DNA from: Dictyostelium discoideum
Lineage: Eukaryota
Length of the DNA stretch: 64,000 bases
Assembly: GCA_000004695.1 (NCBI GenBank)
Contig: CM000150.2
Span: 3,936,001 to 4,000,000, forward strand
Direction: 5' to 3'
Part shown: positions 42,529-54,837 of the stretch, in pieces
How the letters are laid out: each line of letters opens with the position of its first letter
How positions within the stretch are numbered: position 1 is the stretch's first letter
Notes under the pieces: model-generated
Told to the model about the DNA's origin: nothing
The model's database searches: none
Seen by the model: only the letters and a program-made list of their open reading frames with translations
Program-made: the position numbers and the translations under genes

Positions 42529-43864
42529 AGAAATTACAAATGAAGAAAAAGAAAACTCAAGATTATTATTAAAGAGAGCACCAAGAAGACCAAAAGCAAT
42601 TATTTTAGTACCAACTAGAGAATTAGCAATACAAGTTATGAAAGTTGCTAAAAAGATTTCATTTGAAGTTAAATTTAGTTGTACAGCAATTTCAAGTGGC
42701 GGTGGTGATCTTAATAAGTATTTAAAAACTTTTAAGAATTTACCAATTGATATATTAATTTCAACACCAGGTTCATTAATTAAATTAATTGAACAAAAAA
42801 AGATATTCTTTAGTAAATTACGTCATTTAGTTATTGATGAAGCAGATTCAATGTTTACAATTGGTAAAGGTTTTGAACAAGATATCGATAAAATCGTTCA
42901 ACCATTTAAATATCGTTTACAAAATAAACAAGAGATTGGTTCAGAAAACGCAATCAATGCCACAATTTGTAGTGCAACCTTAACAGAACAACTCATGAAA
43001 CAAATTAATCAATCTTTTCCATCCATTGAAAAATTATCAACTCCAACAATTCATAAATCATTAAATACATTAGAACAACGTTTCTTTTATATTCCGCCAG
43101 GTTTAAATGGTGGTGATAAACATGGTGCATTAATGAAAGCAATTGAAAGTGTTGTTCTTAATAAAAATGAAAATAAAAATAAAAATAAAAATGAAAATGA
43201 AAATGAAAATAATGAAAATGAAAATGAAAATAATGAAAATGAAAATGAAAATGAAAATGAAAATGGAAATGAAAATGAAAATGAAAATGAAAATGAAAAT
43301 GAAAATGAAAATAAAAATGAAAATGAAAATCAAGAAGATAAAGTGGAAACTACAACTACTACTACAACAAAAACTACTACTGATGGTAATAAAATTGCTA
43401 AGCAACAAAAGAGAAAAACATTAATTTTCTGTAATAAACCAGATTCATGTAGATCAACAGAATACTTTTTAACAGAGAATGGTATAAATGCAACATCATT
43501 ACATGGTGAAATGCCACCACATAGAAGATCAGAAAATTGGAAATCATTTTTAAATGGTGATAAAGAATTTTTAGTTGCAACTGATATAGCTTCAAGAGGT
43601 ATTGATATAGGTTTAATTGATCATGTAATTTTATTTGATTTCCCTTCAAATCCAATCGATTATTTACACCGTATTGGTAGAACAGCTAGAGCCGGTAATA
43701 GAGGTTTAGTCACTTGTTTAATCACTCATAAAGATAGATATTTAGCTGATGAAATTAAAGAATCAATTAGAAAAGGTTATACTTTAGAAAATATTTCAAA
43801 TAATAATTATAATAATAAGAATAATAATAATAATAATAATAATAGAAAAAAGTCATTTAAATAA
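41474..43864 (+). CDS. DEAD-box ATP-dependent RNA helicase with an N-terminal presequence-like region (possibly mitochondrial, DDX28/Mrh4-like), 796 aa, single exon.
   Basis: Motifs: Q-motif region, motif I SQTGTGKT, Ia PTRELAIQV, II VIDEADSM, III SAT, V/VI ...LVATDIASRGIDI... and HRIGRTARAG. The N-terminus MFRLLNKSELIKPFINN is basic and hydroxylated, like a mitochondrial targeting peptide. Large acidic (E-rich) and (NE)n insertions. Confidence 0.75.
43165..43330. repeat. In-frame (GAAAAT)n hexanucleotide repeat, about 25 units, inside the helicase CDS. It encodes an (NE)n / ENENEN tract.
   Basis: Seen directly. Mirror-image ORFs on both strands in the track (43130..43408 minus, 43143..43424 plus) are artefacts of this repeat. 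Confidence 0.9.
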
Positions 43865-43901
43865 AATAAAATAAAATAAATTACACTATTAATTTTATTT
43901 T

Positions 43902-45306
43902 TTAATTATTATATTTTGAAGCGATTCTTGCTAAATTAAAACCAAATTCATTAATTAAATTTGTTTTTTCTTGATTTGCTAAAACTGAAACTACAATGTT
44001 TTCTTGAGGTATCATTACTAATACAGTACTACCACCAACTGCATTACCAGTGTGATAGATTATATCGGTATTATTTTTTGAAGAAGGTTGTTTAAACCAA
44101 CCAGTGCAATAGTTCATGGTATTCTTTCCAGTTAATGGTGGATTTGGTTTAAAGAGATGATCAATTGTGGATTGCTTTAAAAGTCGACCACCTAAAACGG
44201 TTGAACCAAGTTTACAAAGATCTTCAGCAGTTGAGATGAAACCACCACCTGGCCATTTATAACTGGAATTTGTGAATTCAGCATTACATAATGAGACTCT
44301 AGCTTCGTCGTATCCATTTGCTGAGATCTCTTGTTGAGTTCTTGGTGTGAATTTTAGAGCATACTGTTTTGATCTACCTGGAATTAAAGAATCATGTTCA
44401 TCAGGTTGAGTATCAAACATACCGCATGGTCTGAAAACTGAATCTCTCATAAATGTTGTAAAACTTTTACCAGATGCTGATTCAATTACTAAACCTAATA
44501 AAGTGTAACCAAAAGTTGAATAATTAAAATAATGACCTGGTTTAGTTTTCTCTAAATCTTTTACCCATGGATTCTCTTTAAACATTTCTAAAGGATTTCT
44601 ATGACCCCATGGATTATATTCTTTATCAGTTTTAAATTTCTCTACACTATAAAATTCTGCTTTTCTATTTAACCCATAATGTCTAATACCTCCTAAATGT
44701 GATGCAACATGATTAATAGTTAAAACATCATCTGGAAAATTTGGACTATTCTTCCATTCTGGTACATGTTTTTGAATTGAATCTGAAAATTTAATTTTCC
44801 CCTTTAATTATTAATTAAATTGGATTAATATTTTTTTTTTTTTATTATTTATTATTTATTATTTATTATTATTATTAACTTACTTGTTCAAATAATACAC
44901 CTAAACCAATTGAAGTTAAAGCTTTTGAAATACTCGCAACTCTTAATTTACTTGAAGTTTCCATTGGAATTACATTTTCGACATCAGCAAAACCAAATGC
45001 TTCTTTGTATATTGTTTCACCATTTGATTGAATACAAACACTTATTCCTGGTACACAATTTCCTTCTTTCCATGATAAAATCTCTTTTTTTAATTCTCTA
45101 TTCATATTTTTTTTATTTTTAATTATTATTGGTGATAATGTTGAACTATTAACAATACATTGAGTTGGTGATTTACAACATACACTATTATTTGTTAAAG
45201 TTGTTGTTTTTGTTGTTGTTGTTGGTTTATCTTCACAATTTAAAATTGTTGAAAATCCACTAATACCAACAAATAATAATGATGTTCCTTTTATTAATGA
45301 GTTCAT
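43902..45306 (-). CDS. Serine beta-lactamase-like / LACTB-like (penicillin-binding-protein fold) hydrolase, about 440 aa. Exons 45306..44884 and 44801..43902.
   Basis: E1 MNSLIKGTSLLFVGISGFSTILN... (signal-peptide or TM-like N-terminus) contains the S-x-x-K catalytic motif in VASISKALT and ends GAA CAA|gtaagt. The 82-nt intron ends ttaattaaag. E2 GKIKFSDSIQKHVPEW... carries the Y-x-N element (HYFNYSTFGY) and HTG (KTG-variant) in IYHTGNAVGGS. Confidence 0.6.
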
Positions 45307-45457
45307 CTTAAATACAAAGTGTTTAACAATAATATCAAAAAAAAAAAAATAAAAAAATAAAAATTAAAAAAAATAAAAATGAAAATAAAAAAAAGATTGA
45401 TGGTAAAACCACCAAATAAAAAAATAAAAATTTAATCAAAATAAAAATTGGGAAATC

Positions 45458-45502
<45 letters not shown>

Positions 45503-45528
45503 AACAATTTACAATTTATTAAAATAAA

Positions 45529-47302
45529 TTAAACTCCAAATGAAGTAATATCTAAACCAAAAATATTACATTTATTTATTGGATCAAAGAAAGTACTATT
45601 TTGATGGATTGGTTTATTTCGAATGGTTGATCGTTTAATATGAAAATTTATAAATATACCATTAATATACATAACATAAAGATTAATACTAAATGCTAAT
45701 GGATTATTTTTAACATAATTCTTTACAACTGATAAACCAACTATTAATCCTGGTCCACCTGATGGTGGTGATAAAACTGATTCTAAAAACATATTTGTTT
45801 CTGGTTCATTTAAATTATTATCATTATTTTCATTATTATTATTTTCATTATTATTAATATTATTATTTAATGGTATTTGTTTAACAATACGATATAGTGA
45901 AATTAAACGAGCAGGACCTTGAGATGCAGCAATAACTAAAGATAATTCTGGAACAACTTCAAGGAATGCTATTCTATCAATTTGAGTTTGTATAATTGGA
46001 AAACTTGTTGGTATGGCATTATTCATTGTTAATAATAAATCCATTTCAACATCACTAAGATATAGGTTTTGGTAGGTTGAAAACACCACATTACTTGGTA
46101 ATTTATTTTTATCAAGTGGAACTTTGGAATTGATTCTATTATTTTCTATTCTTTGTTGATTTATTGCATCTTCCAATTTTTTTATTGAATTTATTATAGT
46201 TGTTGTTGTCGTAGTTGTTGTTGCTATGGTACCTTGATTATTTTCATTTTCAGTGCCATCTTCTTGCTCCTCTTGACCTTCTTGACCTTCTTCTTCAATC
46301 TCTTGATTTTGTTGTTGTTGCTGCTGATGTTGGTTTATAGGTGGCAAACCACCATCAAATATTATATCATCTTCATTTGTAAAAACACCATTTTGAATTA
46401 TTAGATCATCGTCATCATCAACACCATCATTAGCTTCATTAAGAAATTCAGTATTTTCTTCATTCTCTTCATTATCATCATTCTCTTGAAATATTTCATC
46501 ATCATTATCAACTTGATTAACTTCTTCTTCTTCTTCCTCCTCCTCTTCTTCAGGCATTGGTTCAACTTCTTGATTATTCTCAACCAATTGTTGTTCTTCA
46601 TGTTGTGTTAAACCTCTCCATGATTTATCAATTATTATACCACCACCACCATTATTATTACTATTACTATTATTATTATTATTATCTCTGCTATTACTAC
46701 TATTATTATAATATTGATATAATTGGTCCTCTTTTGTTGTTAAATCAATCCATCTACAAGCCCAACACCATTGAGCTAAAGTTTGAATTCTTAAGAGTTG
46801 TCTTTTATTTACATCCCAAATTCTAATGTTTTTATCGATCGAAACTGATACTAAATAATTACCACATGGACTGAAATCAATACTTGGTATATTATGTTTA
46901 TGTTTTGGTAGAAGGAATTTGGTTTCTTGTGGATTCTCATCATCTAAATTCCAAATTGTAATCTTGTGACTATTTGAACTCACCGCTATCAATGGTTTAC
47001 TTGGACATATTGCAATACCCCATGTAGATACACCATGATTATATAATCGAATTACCTCTCTCTCAAAATCATTTACAAATATAATCCTAACGAAACCACC
47101 TTCATCCACTGATACTAAAACTTCTTCACCATCTAATATTCCTAATCGAATTTGATTAATTGTCATCTCCATAGTATCCATTGCAAATGTTTTAATTATT
47201 ATATTTGGATTATCAATATTTCTAACATTAATTACATCTGATTCTGCTGTAAATATAAATTTTGAATTATAACTAACTGCCATTAAATTTAATTTCTTTT
47301 AT

Positions 47303-47365
<63 letters not shown>

Positions 47366-47657
47366 ATTAATATGTTAAATAAAAAAAAAAAATAAGATTT
47401 ATATATATATATTAACTTACCCATGCTAGTATATGTATTGTATTAATTCTAATACTTTGCAAATCTTCTGATTTTAATGGTACTAATGTTGAAGATACCC
47501 TTTTATGTTGTTTATTTTCATAGGATTTAAAGGAATTTGTATAATATTTCATATGTTTTGATTCTTGTAAACCATCATAATATAATTTAAATTCATCATT
47601 GATTTCTTCTACCTCTTCATTTGATTGGTTATTGTTATTTACATTTGTCTCATTCAT
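45529..47657 (-). CDS. WD40-repeat protein, about 667 aa. Exons 47657..47421 (tentative) and 47295..45529.
   Basis: Main exon MAVSYNSKFIFTAESDVINVRNI...HKITIWNLDD...DKNIRIWDVNKRQ... has WD repeats with IWN/IWD dipeptides, a long acidic/Q-rich central insert, and more WD-like repeats at the C-terminus. The possible upstream exon MNETNVNNNNQSNEEVEEINDEFKLYYDGLQESKHMKYYTNSFKSYENKQHKRVSSTLVPLKSEDLQSIRINTIHILAW|gtaagt joins in frame to the acceptor ataaaag at 47296. The 125-nt intron holds an (A)70 run. If wrong, the gene simply starts at the ATG at 47283. Confidence 0.45.
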
Positions 47658-47949
47658 CTCTTTTTTTTTTTAAAAAATTAAATAAAAAAAAAAATGAAAA
47701 AAAAAAAAAAAAGTGAAAAAAGCAACAAATGAAAAAATAAAAAAAAATAAAAAAAAATAAAAATAAAAATAAAATTTTACTAAAATTGGTAATTTCGTTT
47801 AAAACAAGAAAAAAAAATAAAAAAATAAAAAAAATAAAAAAATAAATAATTCTTTACATATATATATATATATTTTTTATTAATATTATTATTATTACAT
47901 TATCGTTTTTCTTTTTTTTTTTTAATTTTTTTTTTTTTTTTTTTTTTTT

Positions 47950-48625
47950 TTATACATTATCTTTTTTAATTGGTTGGTCATGTTTTAAAGAAGAATAATT
48001 TTGAATACTTTCTAATTGAACTTGATCTAAATGACCTCTTTGAATTATTTCGTCAAGGTATAAAATAAATTTTGGAATTTGTTCTATGAAATTTTGTTCT
48101 GTTACACCCTTTTTTTTACAAATATCTTTTAATGATTCAATAATTGGAAAAAAAACATCTGATACTAGTGTGGGGTTGTTTTTTTTTTTTTATTTTTTTT
48201 TAAAAAGAAAAAAAAAATTTATTTATTTAATAAATATAGATATTTTCATTTTATTTTTAATTTTATTTGAAAAACTTACAAGCTAATTCATCCATTTCTT
48301 CAGATCCACATAAAAATAACATTAAATCTCCTACATTAGTAAAAACTGTAATATATCCACTTTAGTGATTATTATTATTATTATTATAACAATTGATATA
48401 AACAATTAGTTTAAAATTAAAAATAGAATATTTTAAATTAAAATATTAAACATACCTGAATTCAGTAACTAAATGTTTTTCATTTTTTGAATTTACCCAC
48501 TCATCCTTGGTGAATTGATATAATAACTTTTCATATTCACTCTGTTTCTCGTCATTTATATTACTATAATATTTTGAAAAAACTATATTACCATTGTTAT
48601 TGGTAATTAACAAACTATTGATCAT
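47950..48625 (-). CDS. Coatomer zeta-subunit-like (longin/sigma-adaptin fold) protein, about 154 aa. Exons 48625..48456, 48359..48280, 48164..47950.
   Basis: Missed by the ORF track because no exon exceeds 60 aa. E1 MINSLLITNNNGNIVFSKYYSNINDEKQSEYEKLLYQFTKDEWVNSKNEKHLVTEF+AG|gtatg. E2 (S)GYITVFTNVGDLMLFLCGSEEMDELA+T|gtaag. E3 (L)SDVFFPIIESLKDICKKKGVTEQNFIEQIPKFILYLDEIIQRGHLDQVQLESIQNYSSLKHDQPIKKDNV*. Compared with recalled zeta-COP (ILILDNDGDRLFAKYY...; [26 protein letters not shown]...; LAVDEIVDGGVILESD). AP sigma subunits are the alternative. Confidence 0.45.
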
Positions 48626-48849
48626 ATTTGAGGGTTCAATAATTAAAAAAAAAAAAAAAATAAAAAAAAAAAATAAAAAAATTGAAAATAAAAAAAAAAA
48701 TAAAATTAAAAAAAAAAAAAAAAAAAATTATATTTAATTTTAAAAATAAAAATCCCACATTTTTTTTTTTTTTTTCTATTCTTTTCCATTCCAAAAAAAA
48801 AAAAAAAACATATACTAAACTATCTCTTTTTTTTTTCAAACCTATTTTA

Positions 48850-48861
48850 TTTTACAATATT

Positions 48862-48938
<77 letters not shown>

Positions 48939-48945
48939 TTATTTC
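48850..48945. repeat. (AAT)n microsatellite in the 5' flank of the next gene.
   Basis: Seen directly. Confidence 0.9.
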
Positions 48946-49000
48946 ATAAACAGTCAATAAAAAATTAAATAAAAAAGAAAAAAAAAGAAAAAACTCAATA

Positions 49001-49504
49001 ATGAGTGAAGAATTAAAAATGAAAGAATATGATTATTCATTAAATGATAGTGAAGATGAAGACGATAGCGATAGTGATAGTGATAGTGGTAGTTATGATA
49101 ACGATGGTCAATTCGATTTAGATCAATTTGACCCAACTAAATCATTCGAATTATCATTAGTAAAGAGTAAAACTACATCACCAAAAAAGAATAAAAAATC
49201 AAAAACTTCCGATGAAGCATTCAGAGTTAAAATTAACCCATACTCTGCAAATTTAAAAAATATCATTGGACAATTGGAAAGTGATTCTACAACCCTATCG
49301 GATTTACATAAAAAGTTCTCTGAACAATTATATCGTTTAAAGGTAAACATTTATTTATTTAATTTATAGTCTATTTAAATTTTATTTACTAATTATCTTT
49401 TTTTTTGTTATTATAATAATAACTAGGTTGAAGAAGCACTTTTAGAAAAACTACAACAAGATTTAAATAATAAAAACAATGGCAATGATGGAAATACAAA
49501 CTAA
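49001..49504 (+). CDS. Small acidic Ser/Asp-rich protein of unknown function, about 139 aa. Exons 49001..49342 and 49427..49504.
   Basis: E1 MSEELKMKEYDYSLNDSEDEDDSDSDSDSGSYDNDGQFDLDQFDP...LYRLK|gtaaac. Acceptor ...aataactag at 49426. E2 VEEALLEKLQQDLNNKNNGNDGNTN*. No domain recognised. The SDSDSD stretch looks like a CK2-type phospho-acidic patch. Confidence 0.35.
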
Positions 49505-50056
49505 TGTAAATAGTATTTTTTCGAGTATTCGATTGAGTTGGAAAGATAATAATAGAATTTAAAAGCACCAGTTTAAAATGCTCAATTCAATTATTTATAA
49601 ATATTTTGAAAGATAACAAAAAAAATCAATCAATCTCTTTATTATTTTCAAAAAGAATTATTTCAATAGTAAAGTAAAATTAAGAATTTAAAATCAATTG
49701 GAATAAAGTAATAAACTAATAGTGTTTATTAATATCACACAAATACAAATACAAATACAAATAAATAATTATTAAATTAATAAAATATTTTATTTTATTT
49801 CTTTATAAATTTATTTCATTATTTATTTTTTTTTATTTGTATACCTCTTTTGAATTTTTTAATTAATGACATAGTTTTTAATTAAATCAATAAAAATGGG
49901 TATTTTTTTTTTTTTTTCCTATTAATGGATCCCGTTAAACCTGCCAATTATAGTTAAAAAATTTCATTTTATATAATAATTTTAATAAATAAAAATATAA
50001 TTATTATTTCCAAATTTAAATTATTTTAATTTTTTTTTTTTTTTTTTTCAAATTAA

Positions 50057-50087
<31 letters not shown>

Positions 50088-50133
50088 AAAATATTTTTTC
50101 ATTTTAAACAAAAAAAAAAGTACAAATAAAACA

Positions 50134-50488
50134 ATGAGTAATGAAAATGAAAAATCAATAGTTGAATATTTTTATATTGGAGAAAGAGTTAAAGGTGATG
50201 ATGGTAGTGTTGGTACAATAAGATATCAAGGTAAAGTTGATGGATTCGAAGGTAATTGGTATGGTATAGAATGGGATGACCCAAAGAGAGGTAAACATCA
50301 AGGTACAGTTAAAGGTAAACAATATTTTAAATGTATTAATAAAGGTAGTGGTTCTTTCATGAAATATGAAAAACTAATAAAAGGTGAAACATTCATGAAA
50401 TCAATATCTGATAAATTTCATCAAAAGATTGATAACTATGGTATGTATATTATAATGAAATAATTATATATTATTATTATTATTATTA

Positions 50489-50520
<32 letters not shown>

Positions 50521-51976
50521 TATTAACACTCCCTATCCATTATATTTAATAAATATTGATCACATTATGACTATAGATGATTTATATGTTGACTCTACAA
50601 AAGAAGATATTAAAATTCAAATTCAAATGATTGGTATGAATCAAACTAGAGAAAATCAAAAGAAATTCATTGCGCAAACCTTATTATCAGCAAGTTATTT
50701 ACCAATATCTGAAATTGATGAATCTCCATTAATATATAATAATTTTAAAAGTAAGTGTTTGTTTATAAACAATATTACTAAATATTAATATTATGGTGGT
50801 GGTAGAGGTGGACGTACCCTCTCGTGTCCTCACAATTGTGTGAAATGCGCTAATAATACTTAATATTTAATTTTTTTAGATTTAATTGAATTAAATTTAT
50901 CAAATTGTTTATTAAATAGTTGGACTCAAATTGTAAAATTATTGAAACAATTACCAAATTTAAATAGATTACATCTTTGTAATAATAGATTATCTTTTAA
51001 TATCGATGAATTTAAAAAAGAGGTAAATAGCAATAATGAATATGGTAATAGTATTGATGATTGTAATGTTAAAGATTTAATTTTAGTCAATTCAAATTTA
51101 TCAAATTGGTCAATCGTATCATCAATTTGTAAATATTTATTTAAAAATATTGAATCAATTTGTTTATCCTCAAATTCAATTGAAAATATAAATTTATTTA
51201 AATCAATACTTAATAATGATAATGAAAATGAAAATGAAAATGAAAATGAAATAGTAGAACAACAACAACAACAACAACCTCAATATTTATTCCCAACTTT
51301 AAAATCATTAGATTTAGCAAATAATAATATTAAAAGTTTTAATGATATTTTATCATCATTAGGTAATTTACCTCAATTAACTGAATTAAATTTAAATAAT
51401 AACCAAATCACCGATATCGAATTCAATGGTGATGTCGATGATGGTAATAAAAGTAATAATGGGAAAACTAACCAATTTAAAAATTTAAAAAGAATATATC
51501 TATCAAATAATAAAATCAATGATTGGAAATATCTTGACAAACTTGATGAATTACAATCTTTAGATGAATTATCATTTAGAAATAATCCAATCGTTGATTC
51601 TTTATTAATATCCAATAGCAATAATAGCAATACAAATGAAAATGAAATTGAAAATGATATTGAAAATAATAATAATAATATAAAAAAAGATAATAATAAT
51701 AATAATAAGAATAATAAGAATAATAAGAATAATAAAACTATTTTTTTAAATAGATTAAATATTATACCAAGATTATCAAATTTAAAGAAATTAAATTTAT
51801 CAGATATTACTTTACTTGAAAGAAAGGATGCAGAATTATATTTTCTTTATGAAAATTATAATTCAATTGATAAATTTAAAAACAATAAAAAATTGAATTA
51901 TTTAATTTCAATTCATGGTGAACCAGTTTATACGAAAATGTCATTACAATTGGAAAAGGAAGAAAATGGAAAGTAA
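50134..51976 (+). CDS. tbce: Tubulin-folding cofactor E (CAP-Gly plus LRR plus ubiquitin-like C-terminus), about 500 aa. Exons 50134..50440, 50577..50750, 50880..51976.
   Basis: CAP-Gly domain GERVKGDDGSVGTIRYQGKVDGFEGNWYGIEWDDPKRGKHQGTVKGKQYFKC (GKNDG-type motif). E1 ends TAT G|gtatgt. E2 (D)DLYVDSTKEDIKIQIQMIGMNQTRENQKKFIAQ...NNFK A|gtaagt. E3 (N)LIELNLSNCLLNSWTQIVKLLKQLPNLNRLHLCNNRLS... has LRRs with LxLxxN(x)I. The C-terminus ...NYLISIHGEPVYTKMSLQLEKEENGK is the UBL-like end. Confidence 0.7.
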
Positions 51977-52411
51977 ATTAAAATAAAAAAACTATTTTTA
52001 GAAAAAAAAAAATAAAATAATTAAAAATGGAAAAATAAAATTAAAATAAAAAAAATTAAAATTGAGAAAAAACCCACTCAAAAATTTTATTTTTTTTTTA
52101 TTTTTTTATTTTTTTTTTTTTTTGCCTGTCTTACCCTTTTGTTTTTTTTAATTTTTTTATTTAAATAATCTGTTGTTTTTTTTTTTTTTTTTTTAAAAAT
52201 ATATTATTAATATTTATATATTATATATAAATTTATTTAACATTACATTTATTATCATTATTCAGTAAAAAAAATAAAATAAAAAAATAAAATAAAAAAA
52301 AAAAATAAAATAAAATAAAATAAAACTCAACAATAAATATTTCTGTATTTATAACAATATATATAAACCATTGTTTTTTTTAGAAGAAAACAATAACTAA
52401 ATAATAATAAA

Positions 52412-53286
52412 ATGATGGAGAATCTATTTGGTGATGAAGTTGAAGTACCTTTATTAGTTCAATTATGTACTCAAAGAATTAAAGATTCATTAGAGAGTAA
52501 GAAAAAAAAAAATTATCACCTGAATGCAAATACTAATACTCGTTTTTTTTTTTTTTTTTTTTTCTTTTTTTTTTATATATTATAGCTTGCAAAGATTTAG
52601 GTAAAATACCAGATGAACTCCTTATACCAATCCTTGATAAATGTACTGCTCAACAATTAGCAACTGTTGAAAGTAGAATTGTAAGTGTTATTAAAAAAAA
52701 AAAAAAAAAAATTAAACAAAAAAAAAAAAATTAAACAAATAAAAAACAATAACATTAACACTATTTTATTTTATTTTATTTTATTTTTATTTTTATTTTA
52801 TTTATTAATTTATAGGGTAGATATGTTGATACAGAGGAATTGTGGAAAAGACACTGTCATATAATATCACCAGAGAAAAGACATACATTAAAGGATGACG
52901 AAAGTTGGAGAGATTTATTTACAATTTTAGAGAGAGAATATCAAAATAAAACCAAGAAAACTGGTGAAGCATTAAGAAAGATTTATAATAATGCTGCAAA
53001 TAATAAGAAATCAAAACAAATTAAAGTTTTAAACGATGTTGTGACTCCAACCGCTTCAAAGAGATGGAGTGGCACAGTTAGTAAAACTCCATCCTATAAA
53101 CAAAGCGGTAGTTCTTCACCTGGCAAATATAGTAATGGTAGTCCAATAAGTAGAAGTGAATCAAGCAGCAGTGGTAGCGGTGGTGGTGGTAGTGGTAGTT
53201 ATGGTAATGTTTTTAAACCCTCTGCTTCAAATCAACCAAAATTAATGGCAAAAGTTTTAAAAGAACATAATAGGAAATTTAAATAA
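52412..53286 (+). CDS. Elongin A-like protein (transcription elongation factor B polypeptide 3 C-terminal homology region), about 217 aa. Exons 52412..52496, 52586..52680, 52816..53286.
   Basis: E1 MMENLFGDEVEVPLLVQLCTQRIKDSLE+A|gtaaga. E2 (T)CKDLGKIPDELLIPILDKCTAQQLATVESRI|gtaagt. E3 GRYVDTEELWKRHCHIISPEKRHTLKDDESWRDLFTILEREYQNKTKK... This matches the Elongin-A BC-box/F-box-like and downstream region recalled as ...[29 protein letters not shown]...DQLWKVHCHRDF...ESWREMYLRLQ.... The N-terminal TFIIS-like domain is absent, so this may be a short Elongin-A-like factor. Confidence 0.5.
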
Positions 53287-53907
53287 TTTTAAATACAAAA
53301 AAATAATACAAAAAAATAATACAAAAAAAATACAAAAAAAATACAAAAAAAAAAAAAAAAGAGAGATAGAAATATTTAAATCCATATTTATTATTATTTA
53401 TTATTATTTTTATTTTCATTTTTTTTAATTTTTTTTTTTTTTTGCTAAAACCATAAACACACACTCTCAATACACATTGTAAATAATTAAAAATAAAATA
53501 AAATAAAAAATCTTTTTTATCATCCAAGAAATCAAACCATTTATTTATTTTTATAAAAAATAAAGAATAATATTTTAAAAAAATTATGATGAAGTTCACA
53601 AAAAATTAAAATAAAAAATAATCAATCAAAAAAAAAAAATAAAAAAAAATAAAAAAAAATTAAAAACCATAACAAAAACCAAAATAGAAAAAAAGTTTGT
53701 TTTTTTTTTTTTAAAAATACACAATTTTTATTCTTTATTTTGTGTTTAAGAATTGAGATGAAATAGTAGGGGATACATACACATATTTTGTGATGCTGTT
53801 TGTATTTTTTTTTTTTTTTTTTTTTGTTTTTTTTTTTTGTTTGTTTTTTTTTTTGTTTTTTTTTTTTTTTTTTTATATCAAAAAAAAAAAAAGAGATACT
53901 TGACTGT

Positions 53908-54396
53908 TTAGTTTCCACCTTTATCTTCACACCATTCATTTTCTTTTCTGATTTGTTCTTCTTCTTCTGGAGTAAAGTCGTTCTTGATGTTGAAGATTTT
54001 TCTGATTTCTTCTGGGGTTTTACCTCTGATCATATTGGCAACAGTTTTACAGGTAACATCTAATAATGGTTTGATATCCAAATAATTGGCTGCCAAGATT
54101 AATTCGAATAAGGTTGGTTGATCGACTTTACAGAAATCTCTATCATATGGTGGGATATCATCTAATCTCTTTTCATCCTTTTTATCGTCACCTTGTGGTG
54201 ATGGATGTTGATGGTGATGTCTGCAATAGTCAAGAACTTTCTCTAAAATAGTGCTAGTAACATTTGGTAATGGAATTGGACTATCTGATTCACCAATATC
54301 TTCAATCATATTCTTGATTGTAACTGACATACAAGCGATTTCTTTTTCAATTTCAAAGACTTTTTCATCTGAAGATTCTAATTTAACTAAAGACAT
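53908..54396 (-). CDS. fpaA: Skp1 (SCF ubiquitin-ligase adaptor), 162 aa, single exon.
   Basis: [67 protein letters not shown]...[37 protein letters not shown] is a full-length Skp1 with the Dictyostelium-type C-terminus, including the conserved Pro of ...DFTPEEE, the known prolyl-hydroxylation/glycosylation site. Ser at position 39. fpaA versus fpaB cannot be decided from one window. Confidence 0.9.
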   Translation of the reverse strand: MSLVKLESSDEKVFEIEKEIACMSVTIKNMIEDIGESDSPIPLPNVTSTILEKVLDYCRHHHQHPSPQGDDKKDEKRLDDIPPYDRDFCKVDQPTLFELILAANYLDIKPLLDVTCKTVANMIRGKTPEEIRKIFNIKNDFTPEEEEQIRKENEWCEDKGGN

Positions 54397-54787
54397 TTTT
54401 TCTATATTTTTTTTTTACCTTTTTCTTTTCTTTCTAAATTTAAATTGTTATTACTGATAAAAAAAACAAAACAAAACAAAACAAAAAAAAGATATTATTT
54501 ATTTATTTGAGTGTGGGTGTGTGGTTGTAAAAATAAAAAAAAGAAAAATAAAAAAAAAAAATTTTTAAAATTGAAAAAAATTTAAGAAAAAAAATTTTAA
54601 AAAAAAAAAAAAAAATTATTAAAAAAAAAAAAAAAAATAGAAAAAAAAAAAATAGAAAAAAAAAAAAAAATAAAAAAAACTTTATTTATTTATCAAGATC
54701 TCTATCTTTTAAAAGCCAAGAAAAAAAAAAAAGTTTTCAACTAGAAACTTGTATTCCAAAAAAAAAAATAAAAATTAAAAAATAAAA

Positions 54788-54824
<37 letters not shown>

Positions 54825-54837
54825 CTAAAAGCAAACT

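Noticed and set aside
43130-43424. Regularly spaced short repeats that could superficially resemble a CRISPR array ((GAAAAT)n here; (TAGG)n at 36231..36335).
   Set aside because: These are unit-length microsatellites with no spacers. One is in frame inside a eukaryotic helicase CDS. The genome is eukaryotic, so CRISPR is not applicable.
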